From Candidatus Heimdallarchaeota archaeon (lineage in GTDB: Archaea; Asgardarchaeota; Heimdallarchaeia; Hodarchaeales; Hodarchaeaceae), in NCBI GenBank assembly GCA_011364965.1, contig RDOB01000003.1, positions 408,524-472,523 on the forward strand: 64,000 nucleotides of DNA, in the 5' to 3' direction. This document shows, piece by piece, positions 54,466 to 63,737 of this stretch. The position numbers and the translations under genes were made by a program. The first letter of the stretch is position 1; each line of letters starts with the position of its first letter. The notes under the pieces were generated by a model. That model saw only the letters and a list, made by a program, of their open reading frames with translations, was not told the DNA's origin and searched no databases.

Positions 54466-55866
54466 TCAGTGTTTTCTATTTTTTAACTTTATTTGTAGGA
54501 TATCAAAATCCGAAGATAAAGGACTTTCTGATTTTAAATGACGAGAGAAGTATAATCTGATCGGTTCAAAGAGCGATCCACTTATCACGGGGTCATTTAC
54601 ACGAGTGAGGAATAGTGCAGAAATTAAAATCATTAGTGATCGGCCTATAAAACTAATAGTGATATTCTGACTTAACTGTATTGCGAAGCCCCCCAGAAGA
54701 GGACCTATAAATACAATTACTCCAATTAGAGTATTATATATAGCTATTAGCTCCACGCGATACTTGGGATGGACAATATCTAGAATAAAAATTGACATGG
54801 TAATATTAAATAATCCTTCACCTACTCCAATGATAATCCATGCAAATAAAAAACAAATAAATGCAGAGATCGAAAAATAAAATGGTATTACAATCAAGCT
54901 ACTTGCTAAAGCTATTAGAACTAAACTAATGAAAATTATCAATCGTCTCCCCAGTTTTTCAATTATTTGAAAACAACTTACGGTAAAAGATGTAAGAATC
55001 TGTATTGAAATTGTTAAGCTCGTCAAAAGAGAAGCAGTGAAATAAGAAAATCCATAATATTGAATTTCAAGTATAATATAATAAGGAGCAGCAAAAGAGA
55101 CAGCAAAGTAAAAAATCAACGCAAATAATAGTAGTCTCTTGAAATTAGGATAGGCAATGAGATATTTTGAAAAATTTACTGAACCAGAGATTTTTCTGGA
55201 GCTAGTTTCTTCTAAAGATATATTCGATGATATGATTGAAAGAGAAGGAACTGAATAATAAAAGAACATTGAAGCTATTCCTCCCAAAAGTGCAGCCCAG
55301 CAAAATAATGCAAAAAAGGCAATTTCAGCTGACAAATTACTATAGTCAGTAATAATACTGAAAAACAAGCCTCCTAGTAAGGTTCCACTCATTGATCCTA
55401 TTATCCCGATACGATAGAATTTATTCAACCTTTGGGGACGGTCTTGTTGTGGAATATGATCAGCTAATAAGGAACTATGATTGGGAATTGTTGATGCTTG
55501 AAAAAATGATTGGATTATACGAATTATGAAAAGAAATATTAATCGTCCCTGTTGAATGAAAAAAAGGATTGTATAGGGAAGATAAAGTATCGCATGGATT
55601 AATCTCCCTAAAACAACAAAAATCTTACTTTTGTGAAAATGAGCTGCTACACGAGCCCAAAATAACTGTGAAATATTAACTAGAGACATAATTCCAACTA
55701 AAAAACCCGTTTGAGTTATTGAAGCTCCCATTGATGATATAAAAATTGGAAAAAATCCTTCTATAGATGAGGTATAACTAGAAGAAAGAAATTGATAAAT
55801 AGACCAACCAGTAAATTTAGGTGATTTTTTAGAAGATCCAAGGGATTTAGTTGTTATTTTTATCAC
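54466..55866 (-). CDS. MFS-type transporter
   Basis: 466 aa with ~12 hydrophobic helices in a 6+6 arrangement around a central loop (..SSRKISGSVNFSKY..). Substrate is unknown. Confidence 0.6.
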   Translation of the reverse strand: MIKITTKSLGSSKKSPKFTGWSIYQFLSSSYTSSIEGFFPIFISSMGASITQTGFLVGIMSLVNISQLFWARVAAHFHKSKIFVVLGRLIHAILYLPYTILFFIQQGRLIFLFIIRIIQSFFQASTIPNHSSLLADHIPQQDRPQRLNKFYRIGIIGSMSGTLLGGLFFSIITDYSNLSAEIAFFALFCWAALLGGIASMFFYYSVPSLSIISSNISLEETSSRKISGSVNFSKYLIAYPNFKRLLLFALIFYFAVSFAAPYYIILEIQYYGFSYFTASLLTSLTISIQILTSFTVSCFQIIEKLGRRLIIFISLVLIALASSLIVIPFYFSISAFICFLFAWIIIGVGEGLFNITMSIFILDIVHPKYRVELIAIYNTLIGVIVFIGPLLGGFAIQLSQNITISFIGRSLMILISALFLTRVNDPVISGSLFEPIRLYFSRHLKSESPLSSDFDILQIKLKNRKH

Positions 55867-55899
55867 CTTAGAGTATTCAAAAACAATGCGCGTTTTTAA

Positions 55900-56703
55900 T
55901 TAATTTAATCCTGAAAGAAAAAAACCCACTAAGAAGGCAATAATAGCTGCACTGCCACCAACAATAAGCATTTCTAATCCTGATTTATACCAGATTTTGC
56001 CAGTGACTCGTACTTTCAAAGCTCCCAAAATAAATAGTGTTATTCCAGTTAAGAAACTAGCTATCCCAAAAGAAAAAGAACTCATTCCAGGTAAAAATAA
56101 AGTAGAAATGTAAGCTGCTAATGGTATAAACCCGAAAATAGCAAATGAAATAAAAGTAATAAGCCCATTTTTCATTGGAGATTCATCTGTTTTTACTATA
56201 CCAAGTTCTTCGACCATCATAATATCAATAAAAGCTTGTTTATTCGAGCTTAGGATTTCAACGACTATTACAGCATCCTCATAAGAAATCCCCTTCTCTG
56301 TGTAAATTTCAATCATTTCCTTTTTCTCTCCCTCAAGAAAATTCTCCACTTCCCATTCTTCCCTATTTCGTTCCTCTTCTTGATATTCTAATTCCGATCG
56401 AGTACTAAGATAGTCTCCAATCCCCATGGAAAGCCCATCAGCTAAAAGATTAGCGAATCCAAGTATAATTACTATAAAAATATTCAAAGCTGCTCCAGTT
56501 ACGCCGCAAACAACTGCAAAAGTTGTTATTATTCCATCCAGTCCTCCATAAATTATACTTTTGATATATTTTCCCTGTTCAGTTTTGTGTTCTTCTGCAG
56601 GGCATTTCATATCATGTGCTGCGATAGATTTTTGAACATCTCCAAGTTTATAGGCTGTTTTAGCTTTGTGTAAATCCCGTTGTGGACACATATCATCCAT
56701 CAC
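55900..56703 (-). CDS. VIT1/CCC1-family iron/manganese transporter
   Basis: 267 aa with IYGGLDGIITTFAVVCGV, GDYLS..SE.. and an acidic cytoplasmic helix region (EYQEEERNREEWEVENFLEGEKKEM), followed by C-terminal TMs. This matches the VIT-family layout. Confidence 0.75.
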   Translation of the reverse strand: MMDDMCPQRDLHKAKTAYKLGDVQKSIAAHDMKCPAEEHKTEQGKYIKSIIYGGLDGIITTFAVVCGVTGAALNIFIVIILGFANLLADGLSMGIGDYLSTRSELEYQEEERNREEWEVENFLEGEKKEMIEIYTEKGISYEDAVIVVEILSSNKQAFIDIMMVEELGIVKTDESPMKNGLITFISFAIFGFIPLAAYISTLFLPGMSSFSFGIASFLTGITLFILGALKVRVTGKIWYKSGLEMLIVGGSAAIIAFLVGFFLSGLN

Positions 56704-56772
56704 CTTATTTTTTAAGTTCTGAACTCCAGCATATATTTATTTTTGATGAAGAAAGATAGGATCCCCATTTGA

Positions 56773-56792
56773 CTGTTCACACTAGTGAACAG
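56773..56792. promoter_or_regulatory. perfect 20-bp palindrome (CTGTTCAC-ACTA-GTGAACAG), candidate operator in the VIT1 / P-type ATPase divergent promoter
   Basis: It has 8-bp perfect inverted arms with a 4-nt spacer. It lies 70 nt from the VIT1 start (56703) and 84 nt from the ATPase ATG (56876), next to A/T-rich TATA-like stretches on both sides. Confidence 0.55.
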
Positions 56793-56875
56793 AATATCTT
56801 TATTGAAAAGGCAAAAAAAGGGAAATGTGAGTATATCTTTCAATTTTTGCACCCCTAAATGGAAGAAAATTAAAA

Positions 56876-59800
56876 ATGGATTCCCAATTCATAGATTTCT
56901 GGAATGAAGGCCTAAATTCTACTGAAGTTATCAAAAAAAAGGCGATTTATGGCGAGAATCGGTTACCAGAGAAAAAAGGCCGAAGTACTTTTATGATTTA
57001 TATTTCTCAATTTAAAAACCCGTTGATATACATTATTTCTCTTGCAGCAATAATATCCCTTCTCTTGGAACAATATGAAGATACATTTATCATTATATGT
57101 GTTATTCTTCTGGATACTGTTATTGGATTTTTCCAAGAATATAAGGCAGAGCAAACAATGGTTGCCTTGCGGAATTTACTCAAACCAATAGCTAAAGTGA
57201 TTAGAGATGGAAAAATTCTAGAAATTTCGACAACTGAACTTGTACCCGAGGATATTGTAATAATCAATCAAGGAGATAAATTTCCTTCGGATGGGATACT
57301 AATAGAATCGCTCAATCTCTCCGTGAATGAAGCCATCCTTACTGGGGAGAGTGAAGCAATAGTTAAAGCGACTAAAGATTTAGTTTATATGGGTACAACT
57401 GCTTTGTCTGGACGGGGGGTAATGAAAGTAGTGAATATAGGCACCAAAACTGAACTTGGAAAGATTGCGACATCACTTTCCGATATTGGGGAAGAGGAAA
57501 CACCCTTACAGCTAAAGTTAGAAAATTTTGGAAAATCTCTTACTTATATCGTAATATTGATCAGCTTGAGCATTTTTGCCATAGGAGTAATATTAAAGTT
57601 TAACATTTTTGAAATGATTAGAATGTCGGTTGTTTTGGCTATTGCTGCAATTCCAGAAGGACTGATTATTGCTGTTACTATGATTCTAGCAATTGGAATG
57701 AGAAAAATTCTGCAGAAAAACGGGCTTGTCAAAAAATTATTAGCAGTTGAAACCCTTGGGTCTGTCTCTACCATTTGTACGGATAAAACTGGTACATTAA
57801 CGGAAGGAAATATGCAAGTTGTCCGCTCTGATTTTAAATCAGAGAAAATGGCTGCATATGCAATGGCTTTATGTAATAATTTAGAAGATTCGTTAGAAAT
57901 TCAGCTTTGGAATTATGTTCAAACGTTAGGAGAAGATTCAGAGCGATTAACACGTAATTTCAAAAGAATTCATGAAATTCCATTCTCAAGTGATTATAAA
58001 TTTATGTTAACGACAAATCAAATAGATGGAGAAGAGGTAAGTTTAATCAAGGGAGCTCCAGATATTGTCTTAGAGTTCTGTACAATAGAAAAAGGCGAGA
58101 AGACGCAAATTTACACACAATTAGAAGAATGGGCAGGTTCTGGTTTAAAACTTCTTGGATTAGCGTACAAAAAAGATGGTAATATAAAAGAGGTGGAAGG
58201 ATTTACATGGATTGGACTTATTGGTTTTGAAGACCCCATTCGGCCTTCAGTTAAGGAAGCTATAGCTCTATGTCAGCGTGCAGGGATAAAAGTCAAGATT
58301 ATAACTGGAGATTACCAACGAACTGCAATTAAGGTCGCATCAAATCTTGGATTATCTGTTGGACAAGATAAAGTCATTAGTGGAGAGGAAGTAGAAAAAT
58401 TATCTGATACAGAATTATTAGAAATTGTTGAAGCTATTATCATATTTTATCGAGTTACTCCTCAACATAAATTAAGAATTGTAACAGCTCTTCAAAAATG
58501 TGGGGAAATTACTGCAATGATAGGCGATGGAGTAAACGACGCGCCTGCCTTAAAAAAAGCGAATATTGGAGTTTCCGTGGGAGGTGCAACAGATGTGGCT
58601 CAAGAAACAGCAAGCTTAATTCTTCTTGACCATAATTTCAAAACACTAGTTGATTCAGTAGAAGAGGGAAGAATTGTTTTTGACAATATAAAGAAAGTTG
58701 TCTCATTTGTGCTATCAAACTCGTTTGCTGAAATCTTTACGATTTTTGGATCATTCATTTTAGGATGGCCGACGCCTTTAACAATCGCTCAAATTCTTTG
58801 GATTCATTTGATATGTGATGGACCTTCAGATGTAGCTCTCGGATTTGAAAGAGGAGAAAAAGGGATAATGGATGAACCACCTAGAAGAATAGATGAGAAT
58901 ATTCTGGACGCGAAGGGAAAGGTTCTTATTGCATCTATCAGTACAGTTTCAGCATTATTATGCCTAAGTATTTATGGTTATTTCCATCTTGTAGTAGGGA
59001 ACCAAATATTAGGAAGTACATTAGTATTTGCAATATTAGGAATTCAATCGCTAATCTACATCTTCTCTTTTCGCAGTCTCAGACTTCCAATATTTAAATC
59101 TGGTAATTTTCTCTCTAATAAACCATTGGTCTTTTCAGTAGTATTAGGAATAAGTCAGATTCTTATTGGCCTTTATTTCCCCTTTTTCAGTGATATCCTA
59201 AATGTTACACCTCTCTATGTAAATGATTGGATAATTGTAATTTCAGTTTCTTTTTTAATGATCTTTATTGTTGAAATGGTTAAATATTTTGATCATCGAA
59301 GAAATCTCACCTCACCCTACCAAAATATCATCACAAATATTCGAAAAGTGGAGGAAAAACTACCTGAAATTCATAATCTACATAATATCACGCTTGATAT
59401 AATGGAAGATAAGACCCTAATTCAATTCCATTTCAATATTCCGGCTGAAACAACACTCGAGATTGCCCATGAAGTGGCAAGAGGGATCGAAAATTTGATC
59501 GTAGAAGAAATCCCACAATCAATTCGAAAAAGTATAGAGATTATTAGCCACATTGAGCCAGTTTCTGAAGAACCTCGAAAAATCCATTCACATCCCACAC
59601 CTACTCCATCTCGATCAATCAGAGAAATAATTCAAGCATCAATAAAAGAAATCCCGGAAATTAAAAATTGGGGACGTGAAACTGTACTTCAAGATAATGG
59701 TAATACTTCAATATCAATAGTAATTTATCTAGATGGAAATTTGAACATAAACCAAGTGCATGATTATACGGAAAAATTGGAAACGATCCTTAGAAGGAAT

Positions 59801-59881
59801 ATCCCCTCTTTAAAACGCTGCATTATTCACTCAGAGCCATTGAAAGAATTCTCAGGAGGAATGAGAACATCTATATCTTAA
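56876..59881 (+). CDS. P2-type cation-transporting ATPase with two tandem C-terminal CDF-type (ZT_dimer-like) cytoplasmic domains
   Basis: 1001 aa with TGES, IPEGL (TM4), ICTDKTGTLT, TGDYQRTA and GDGVNDAPALKKA. After the last TM helix, aa ~815-1001 contain two units: ..IHNLHNITLDIMEDKTLIQFHFNIPAETTLEIAHEVARGIENLIVEEIP...IEIISHIEP and ..IKNWGRETVLQDNGNTSISIVIYLDGNLNINQVHDYTEKLETILRRNIPSLKRCIIHSEP. Both match the V..h.lR....G....v..Hi.v....l..aH.i...ie..i......v.IH.EP pattern of cation-diffusion-facilitator C-terminal domains. Confidence 0.8.
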   Translation: MDSQFIDFWNEGLNSTEVIKKKAIYGENRLPEKKGRSTFMIYISQFKNPLIYIISLAAIISLLLEQYEDTFIIICVILLDTVIGFFQEYKAEQTMVALRNLLKPIAKVIRDGKILEISTTELVPEDIVIINQGDKFPSDGILIESLNLSVNEAILTGESEAIVKATKDLVYMGTTALSGRGVMKVVNIGTKTELGKIATSLSDIGEEETPLQLKLENFGKSLTYIVILISLSIFAIGVILKFNIFEMIRMSVVLAIAAIPEGLIIAVTMILAIGMRKILQKNGLVKKLLAVETLGSVSTICTDKTGTLTEGNMQVVRSDFKSEKMAAYAMALCNNLEDSLEIQLWNYVQTLGEDSERLTRNFKRIHEIPFSSDYKFMLTTNQIDGEEVSLIKGAPDIVLEFCTIEKGEKTQIYTQLEEWAGSGLKLLGLAYKKDGNIKEVEGFTWIGLIGFEDPIRPSVKEAIALCQRAGIKVKIITGDYQRTAIKVASNLGLSVGQDKVISGEEVEKLSDTELLEIVEAIIIFYRVTPQHKLRIVTALQKCGEITAMIGDGVNDAPALKKANIGVSVGGATDVAQETASLILLDHNFKTLVDSVEEGRIVFDNIKKVVSFVLSNSFAEIFTIFGSFILGWPTPLTIAQILWIHLICDGPSDVALGFERGEKGIMDEPPRRIDENILDAKGKVLIASISTVSALLCLSIYGYFHLVVGNQILGSTLVFAILGIQSLIYIFSFRSLRLPIFKSGNFLSNKPLVFSVVLGISQILIGLYFPFFSDILNVTPLYVNDWIIVISVSFLMIFIVEMVKYFDHRRNLTSPYQNIITNIRKVEEKLPEIHNLHNITLDIMEDKTLIQFHFNIPAETTLEIAHEVARGIENLIVEEIPQSIRKSIEIISHIEPVSEEPRKIHSHPTPTPSRSIREIIQASIKEIPEIKNWGRETVLQDNGNTSISIVIYLDGNLNINQVHDYTEKLETILRRNIPSLKRCIIHSEPLKEFSGGMRTSIS

Positions 59882-59963
59882 GAGGAAGTATTCTTCAAAA
59901 ATTCTCATACAATTTTAAAAACAACTTAATAAGAATATATCTTCAGGATAGATGAATGTATCT

Positions 59964-60470
59964 TTACAGGGAAATAACCTCTCCATACTTTCCCCGCGTA
60001 AATGTAAGCATTTTTGGGTATTCCTGTTGTTTCCAAGACTCATCGATCAGGAGTGCTACCACACGTGCTAGGAAAAGATCATGTGTTCCTAAAGGGATTA
60101 TCTGTTCAATTTTACATTCCATATTGACAGGGCAAGCCTCAATCGCCGGAACTGCCACTTTATGACTTTTTCTTTTTATAAAGTGACATTCATCCCATTT
60201 ATTAACTTCTTTCCCTGACTTCGTTCCACAGAACTTCACTTGCTTAAGCATATCGATAGTTGGAAAATTTACTACACATTCTTTTGAATTTTTTAGTATT
60301 AAATTTGAATATCTGTTAGGACGGATACTTAATGAGAGAATAGGCGGATCGGAACAGGATGTTCCAACCCATGCAAGTGTTATAATGGACTCACGGGTTT
60401 CATCCTGCACCGACACTAAAACAACAGGATTTGGGTAAAATGCTGAATTTGGGTTTTCTTCTATCTTCAT
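59964..60470 (-). CDS. flavin reductase-like FMN-binding split-barrel protein
   Basis: 168 aa with PNPVVLVSV....ESIITLAWVG..S..PP, typical of the flavin_reduct family. A GAGGTGA SD lies upstream. Confidence 0.65.
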   Translation of the reverse strand: MKIEENPNSAFYPNPVVLVSVQDETRESIITLAWVGTSCSDPPILSLSIRPNRYSNLILKNSKECVVNFPTIDMLKQVKFCGTKSGKEVNKWDECHFIKRKSHKVAVPAIEACPVNMECKIEQIIPLGTHDLFLARVVALLIDESWKQQEYPKMLTFTRGKYGEVISL

Positions 60471-60692
60471 TTATTCACCTCAAAACCACAGCTTATGGGT
60501 TATATGTATCTTCTACTTTTTTTTGCGAAAGTTAGAATTATCTCAAGTTGGCAGATCCAACTAAAAAATGTTATGAATAAAGATGGTTGAAATAGATCCA
60601 AGGATATATTGCAACCAATATTATAATTTATTTTATCCCTAGATAGCTGAATTGAGGAAAATTCTTTGAATAATAAAATAGGAAGACAAAAA

Positions 60693-61232
60693 CTATTTGT
60701 ACATTTTTAGTAGATTATATTTATGAGGATTAACTTCCTTAATCATCTCTGCAGCAGCATTTGTATTGAGTTTAATTAATTCATCCATTTTTGTCTCTAA
60801 TTCGCTTGGTTCTTTAGTTTTAGTCGCGATAGAATAAAAATTAGACCATATTTGATCTTCAACTAGAGGGAGAGCTTTTTTTGCATTGATCTTGAAAATT
60901 GGGGCAAAGGTATCTTTAAATTCTTGTTTCCCTTTAGAATTTCCCACAGCAAAATGAAGGACTTTCCAAATGTGTTCTTTAGCTTTTCCTGTATCAATTT
61001 GGACGATAGAGCCTAATTCCTCCTTTAATGCTTCCTCATTCTCACTAGATGTCGCTAGTTTGTGAATAGACGTCCAAAAATGTCCTTCATGAAGTTTAAT
61101 AACTTCCCTTTCGCGAATTTCAAAAATTGATTGATATTTATCTCGAAATTCCTGTGCATTTCCTGTTTCCCCGATTGTATCACAAACAAGCATCCAAAAA
61201 TGTTCTTTTATTTTATCTTGATATTTTCCCAT
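60693..61232 (-). CDS. hypothetical protein built of four ~40-45-aa internal repeats
   Basis: 179 aa. The repeat starts are KEHFWMLVCDTIG.., EGHFWTSIHKLAT.., KEHIWKVLHFAVG.. and EDQIWSNFYSIAT... Each continues ..(Q)EF(R/K)D.(Y/F)..IF(E/K)I or a variant of it. Confidence 0.55.
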   Translation of the reverse strand: MGKYQDKIKEHFWMLVCDTIGETGNAQEFRDKYQSIFEIREREVIKLHEGHFWTSIHKLATSSENEEALKEELGSIVQIDTGKAKEHIWKVLHFAVGNSKGKQEFKDTFAPIFKINAKKALPLVEDQIWSNFYSIATKTKEPSELETKMDELIKLNTNAAAEMIKEVNPHKYNLLKMYK

Positions 61233-61531
61233 GTAAGTGTCACCATTGGTTATTTAATTATTAATAATGGTTGATATTTGATTATTAATTTAGCTATATT
61301 GCTTTTATTAAAAAAATATTATCCCTTATTTCTTATAGATTAAGTAGTTTAGCTTCTCAAGTCATTCTAGATTTGCTTCAAGAGCTTTGAATATGTGTGC
61401 TTTTTTCCTCTGCCGTATTCATCGAATTTTCGATAAAAATTCTGTTCTTTTTCATATTCACCATGGTACCATAACATGAACAGTCAACGTATAGTATAGT
61501 ATAATAAACGAATCTTTATGAAAAAAGCTAC

Positions 61532-62497
61532 CTACTCAAAATTCTGCATAAGGAATGTAAGCCGATCTATACCTGCTTGGATTAGATCGGGTCGATCATG
61601 ATCAAGACCAAATAGGATATAAGGAAGAAATGTAGTTTTAAACAAAAATTTCATTCGATCACGGATATTTGGATCAATATATTCCGTGTAGGTAGATAAT
61701 ATTGACTGAAGAAATATCTCGCCTTCATTAAAAAATAAGAGATCAACAGCAGGATCATAAAGTCTGGTATCTTCAAAATCAATAATACCTGTGACTGTAT
61801 ATGTTTGTGGATCGATTAATATGTTTGTAGTATCAAAATCACAGTGACAGAGGGCGGGAAGAAACTCAATCTCTGACTCTAAAGTAAAAAAGTCTTTAAA
61901 TTGATGTATGCTCCATTCTTGTTGTAATTGAGAGAGAAATGGAAAAACACGAGTCCGAAGAACTTTATATTGATGTCGGTGTTGTTGCATATATTGAGAG
62001 ACAGAAAAGGAAGAACTAGAGGTAGCCCAATCAAAAGCATTAGAGAAACTGGAATAGTATCGAGTAAGAGAAATATCATGGAGTTCAGATAAAAATTTAC
62101 CAATTTGCTGGCCTATAAACACTGATTGGTCTGTTGACAGTTGGGAAAATAGTTTGGAAAGGGAGACCCCAGGAATTTTCTGATAACCTATGTATGGCAA
62201 ATTGGGATCAGAAGAGATAAATTCAGGATTTGGGATTGTAGAAGTTAAGAATTCTTTTAGAAAAATGAGGGTCTCAACCTCCCTTTTGATAATCTGAACT
62301 CCTGATTCATTTCGTAAAGAACGATCAGGAAACCGAAAAATAAGATTCTGAGAGTCATGAGTAACTTCATATACATTATATGTCCCATGATATAAGAAAT
62401 GAACCTCGGATTCACTCACTTTTGGAAAATGTGTCTTCAAACACGAAAGAACAGCGTCAATTGGAATATCAGAAGGATTATTTTCTTCAAAGAACAT
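61532..62497 (-). CDS. aminoglycoside-phosphotransferase (APH)/choline-kinase-family small-molecule kinase
   Basis: 321 aa with the catalytic loop CHCDFDTTNILID (HxDxxxxN) and GIIDFEDT (the DFG-equivalent). Confidence 0.7.
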   Translation of the reverse strand: MFFEENNPSDIPIDAVLSCLKTHFPKVSESEVHFLYHGTYNVYEVTHDSQNLIFRFPDRSLRNESGVQIIKREVETLIFLKEFLTSTIPNPEFISSDPNLPYIGYQKIPGVSLSKLFSQLSTDQSVFIGQQIGKFLSELHDISLTRYYSSFSNAFDWATSSSSFSVSQYMQQHRHQYKVLRTRVFPFLSQLQQEWSIHQFKDFFTLESEIEFLPALCHCDFDTTNILIDPQTYTVTGIIDFEDTRLYDPAVDLLFFNEGEIFLQSILSTYTEYIDPNIRDRMKFLFKTTFLPYILFGLDHDRPDLIQAGIDRLTFLMQNFE

Positions 62498-62569
62498 ATT
62501 AAAACACTAAACCTGGGAAATCATAATGGAATTGAGAATGGAATCCAGAAGGACTGTTTGCTAATAAAC

Positions 62570-63181
62570 CTATTTTCTTCGACGAGCTACTTTTACCCCT
62601 ATTCCTAATATAATCCCGCAAATCAATACTCCACACAAAAGCGTTAATGTCCACGTAAATGCATGCTCAAAAGCGAAACGTAATATCGCCCAAGGTAAAG
62701 TTATAAATGCAGCAAATAAATCAATAATAAGAATACGTAAGCCCCATTTTTGCCACCACCATACACGGTCTAATAAAAGGGTTTTTCCTTCCAATACCTT
62801 CATATGGGCAAGACCAGCTTGAATATAACATGCATAAGAGAACATAGCCATCAGAAATAAAACAATAAAAATAGTTAACATGTATGAGAAGTGAGTAGGC
62901 CAGTAAAGTTCCACAAAATTCGTTGGTAAAGCCTCTTGTATAGCTTTTGCAATTCCAAACTGATCTCCAATGAGTTCTTCAAGGAAAGCGTACTGATCAG
63001 ATTCTCTTCGTTCAACATTAACAGAAACCAAAAATATAGCTGCTGTGAGGAAAAATCCAGCAAGAATGGCCGCTGCTGTTGAGAAGTGGCCTAGTAAATC
63101 CAAAGCTGATTCCTTTACTAGTAACGTTTGATCATAATCACGTTTTAATTGATCTTCAGAGGACAATTCTTCACGCTCCAA
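62570..63181 (-). CDS. hypothetical membrane protein
   Basis: 203 aa with a charged N-terminus, ~4 hydrophobic helices and a C-terminal RRRK. No family recognised. Confidence 0.45.
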   Translation of the reverse strand: MEREELSSEDQLKRDYDQTLLVKESALDLLGHFSTAAAILAGFFLTAAIFLVSVNVERRESDQYAFLEELIGDQFGIAKAIQEALPTNFVELYWPTHFSYMLTIFIVLFLMAMFSYACYIQAGLAHMKVLEGKTLLLDRVWWWQKWGLRILIIDLFAAFITLPWAILRFAFEHAFTWTLTLLCGVLICGIILGIGVKVARRRK

Positions 63182-63350
63182 AAATTGGGATAAAAATGTG
63201 TTGTATCATTCTTAAGTGTTTACATGAAATAATGTGGTATAATCTGCTAAATTATATTTGGAGCTCCCAACTATATCGAATTCGCTAAGTAATATTTGAA
63301 TTTGCCTAGAAGGTATATTATATATTATTGGTGACTCATGCATTTATGTT

Positions 63351-63722
63351 ATGGAATCAGAAATAAACCAAATTCAAGAAACCATTGGAAAATACGTTTC
63401 AGGTGTTACTAAAGGTCATCATAACGAAGTAATGCAAGCATGGCATATTAATGGAAGGCGAATGATAGTTGACAGGGAACAAGGACAAATTATCTTTGAA
63501 AACAGCCCCGCCAGTGCGGAATATGCTGATCTAATCCCCTCCTCAGAAGTAAAACAGAGTGCACAAATTGAAACTATTGAACACACAAGTACAACGGCAT
63601 ATGTTAAGTTAAAATGGACGATTACAAGTCCTCATTGGAAAGGGAAATGTATTGATTATTTACTGTTAGTTAAACCGAAAGATACATGGATTATTGTCTC
63701 GAAAGTATCCCATAAAGAATGA
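63351..63722 (+). CDS. NTF2-like / SnoaL-like fold protein (putative lumazine-binding family)
   Basis: 123 aa. The N-terminal IQETIGKYVSGVTKGHHNEVMQAWH and the C-terminal ..DYLLLVKPKDTWIIVSKV pattern are typical of small NTF2-fold proteins. Confidence 0.45.
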   Translation: MESEINQIQETIGKYVSGVTKGHHNEVMQAWHINGRRMIVDREQGQIIFENSPASAEYADLIPSSEVKQSAQIETIEHTSTTAYVKLKWTITSPHWKGKCIDYLLLVKPKDTWIIVSKVSHKE

Positions 63723-63737
63723 TAGGGGAATTCGAGA

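Noticed and set aside
60546-60568. Hairpin AGTTGG-CAGAT-CCAACT followed by A6, considered as a terminator of gene 60693-61232.
   Set aside because: On the minus (coding) strand the T-run precedes the stem instead of following it. The stem is only 6 bp.
62570-63181. The 203-aa membrane protein was considered as a SLATT/Pycsar-like TM effector next to a kinase.
   Set aside because: This rests only on a vague resemblance in size and topology. No cyclase, SMODS or other signalling partner is nearby, and no motif can be named.
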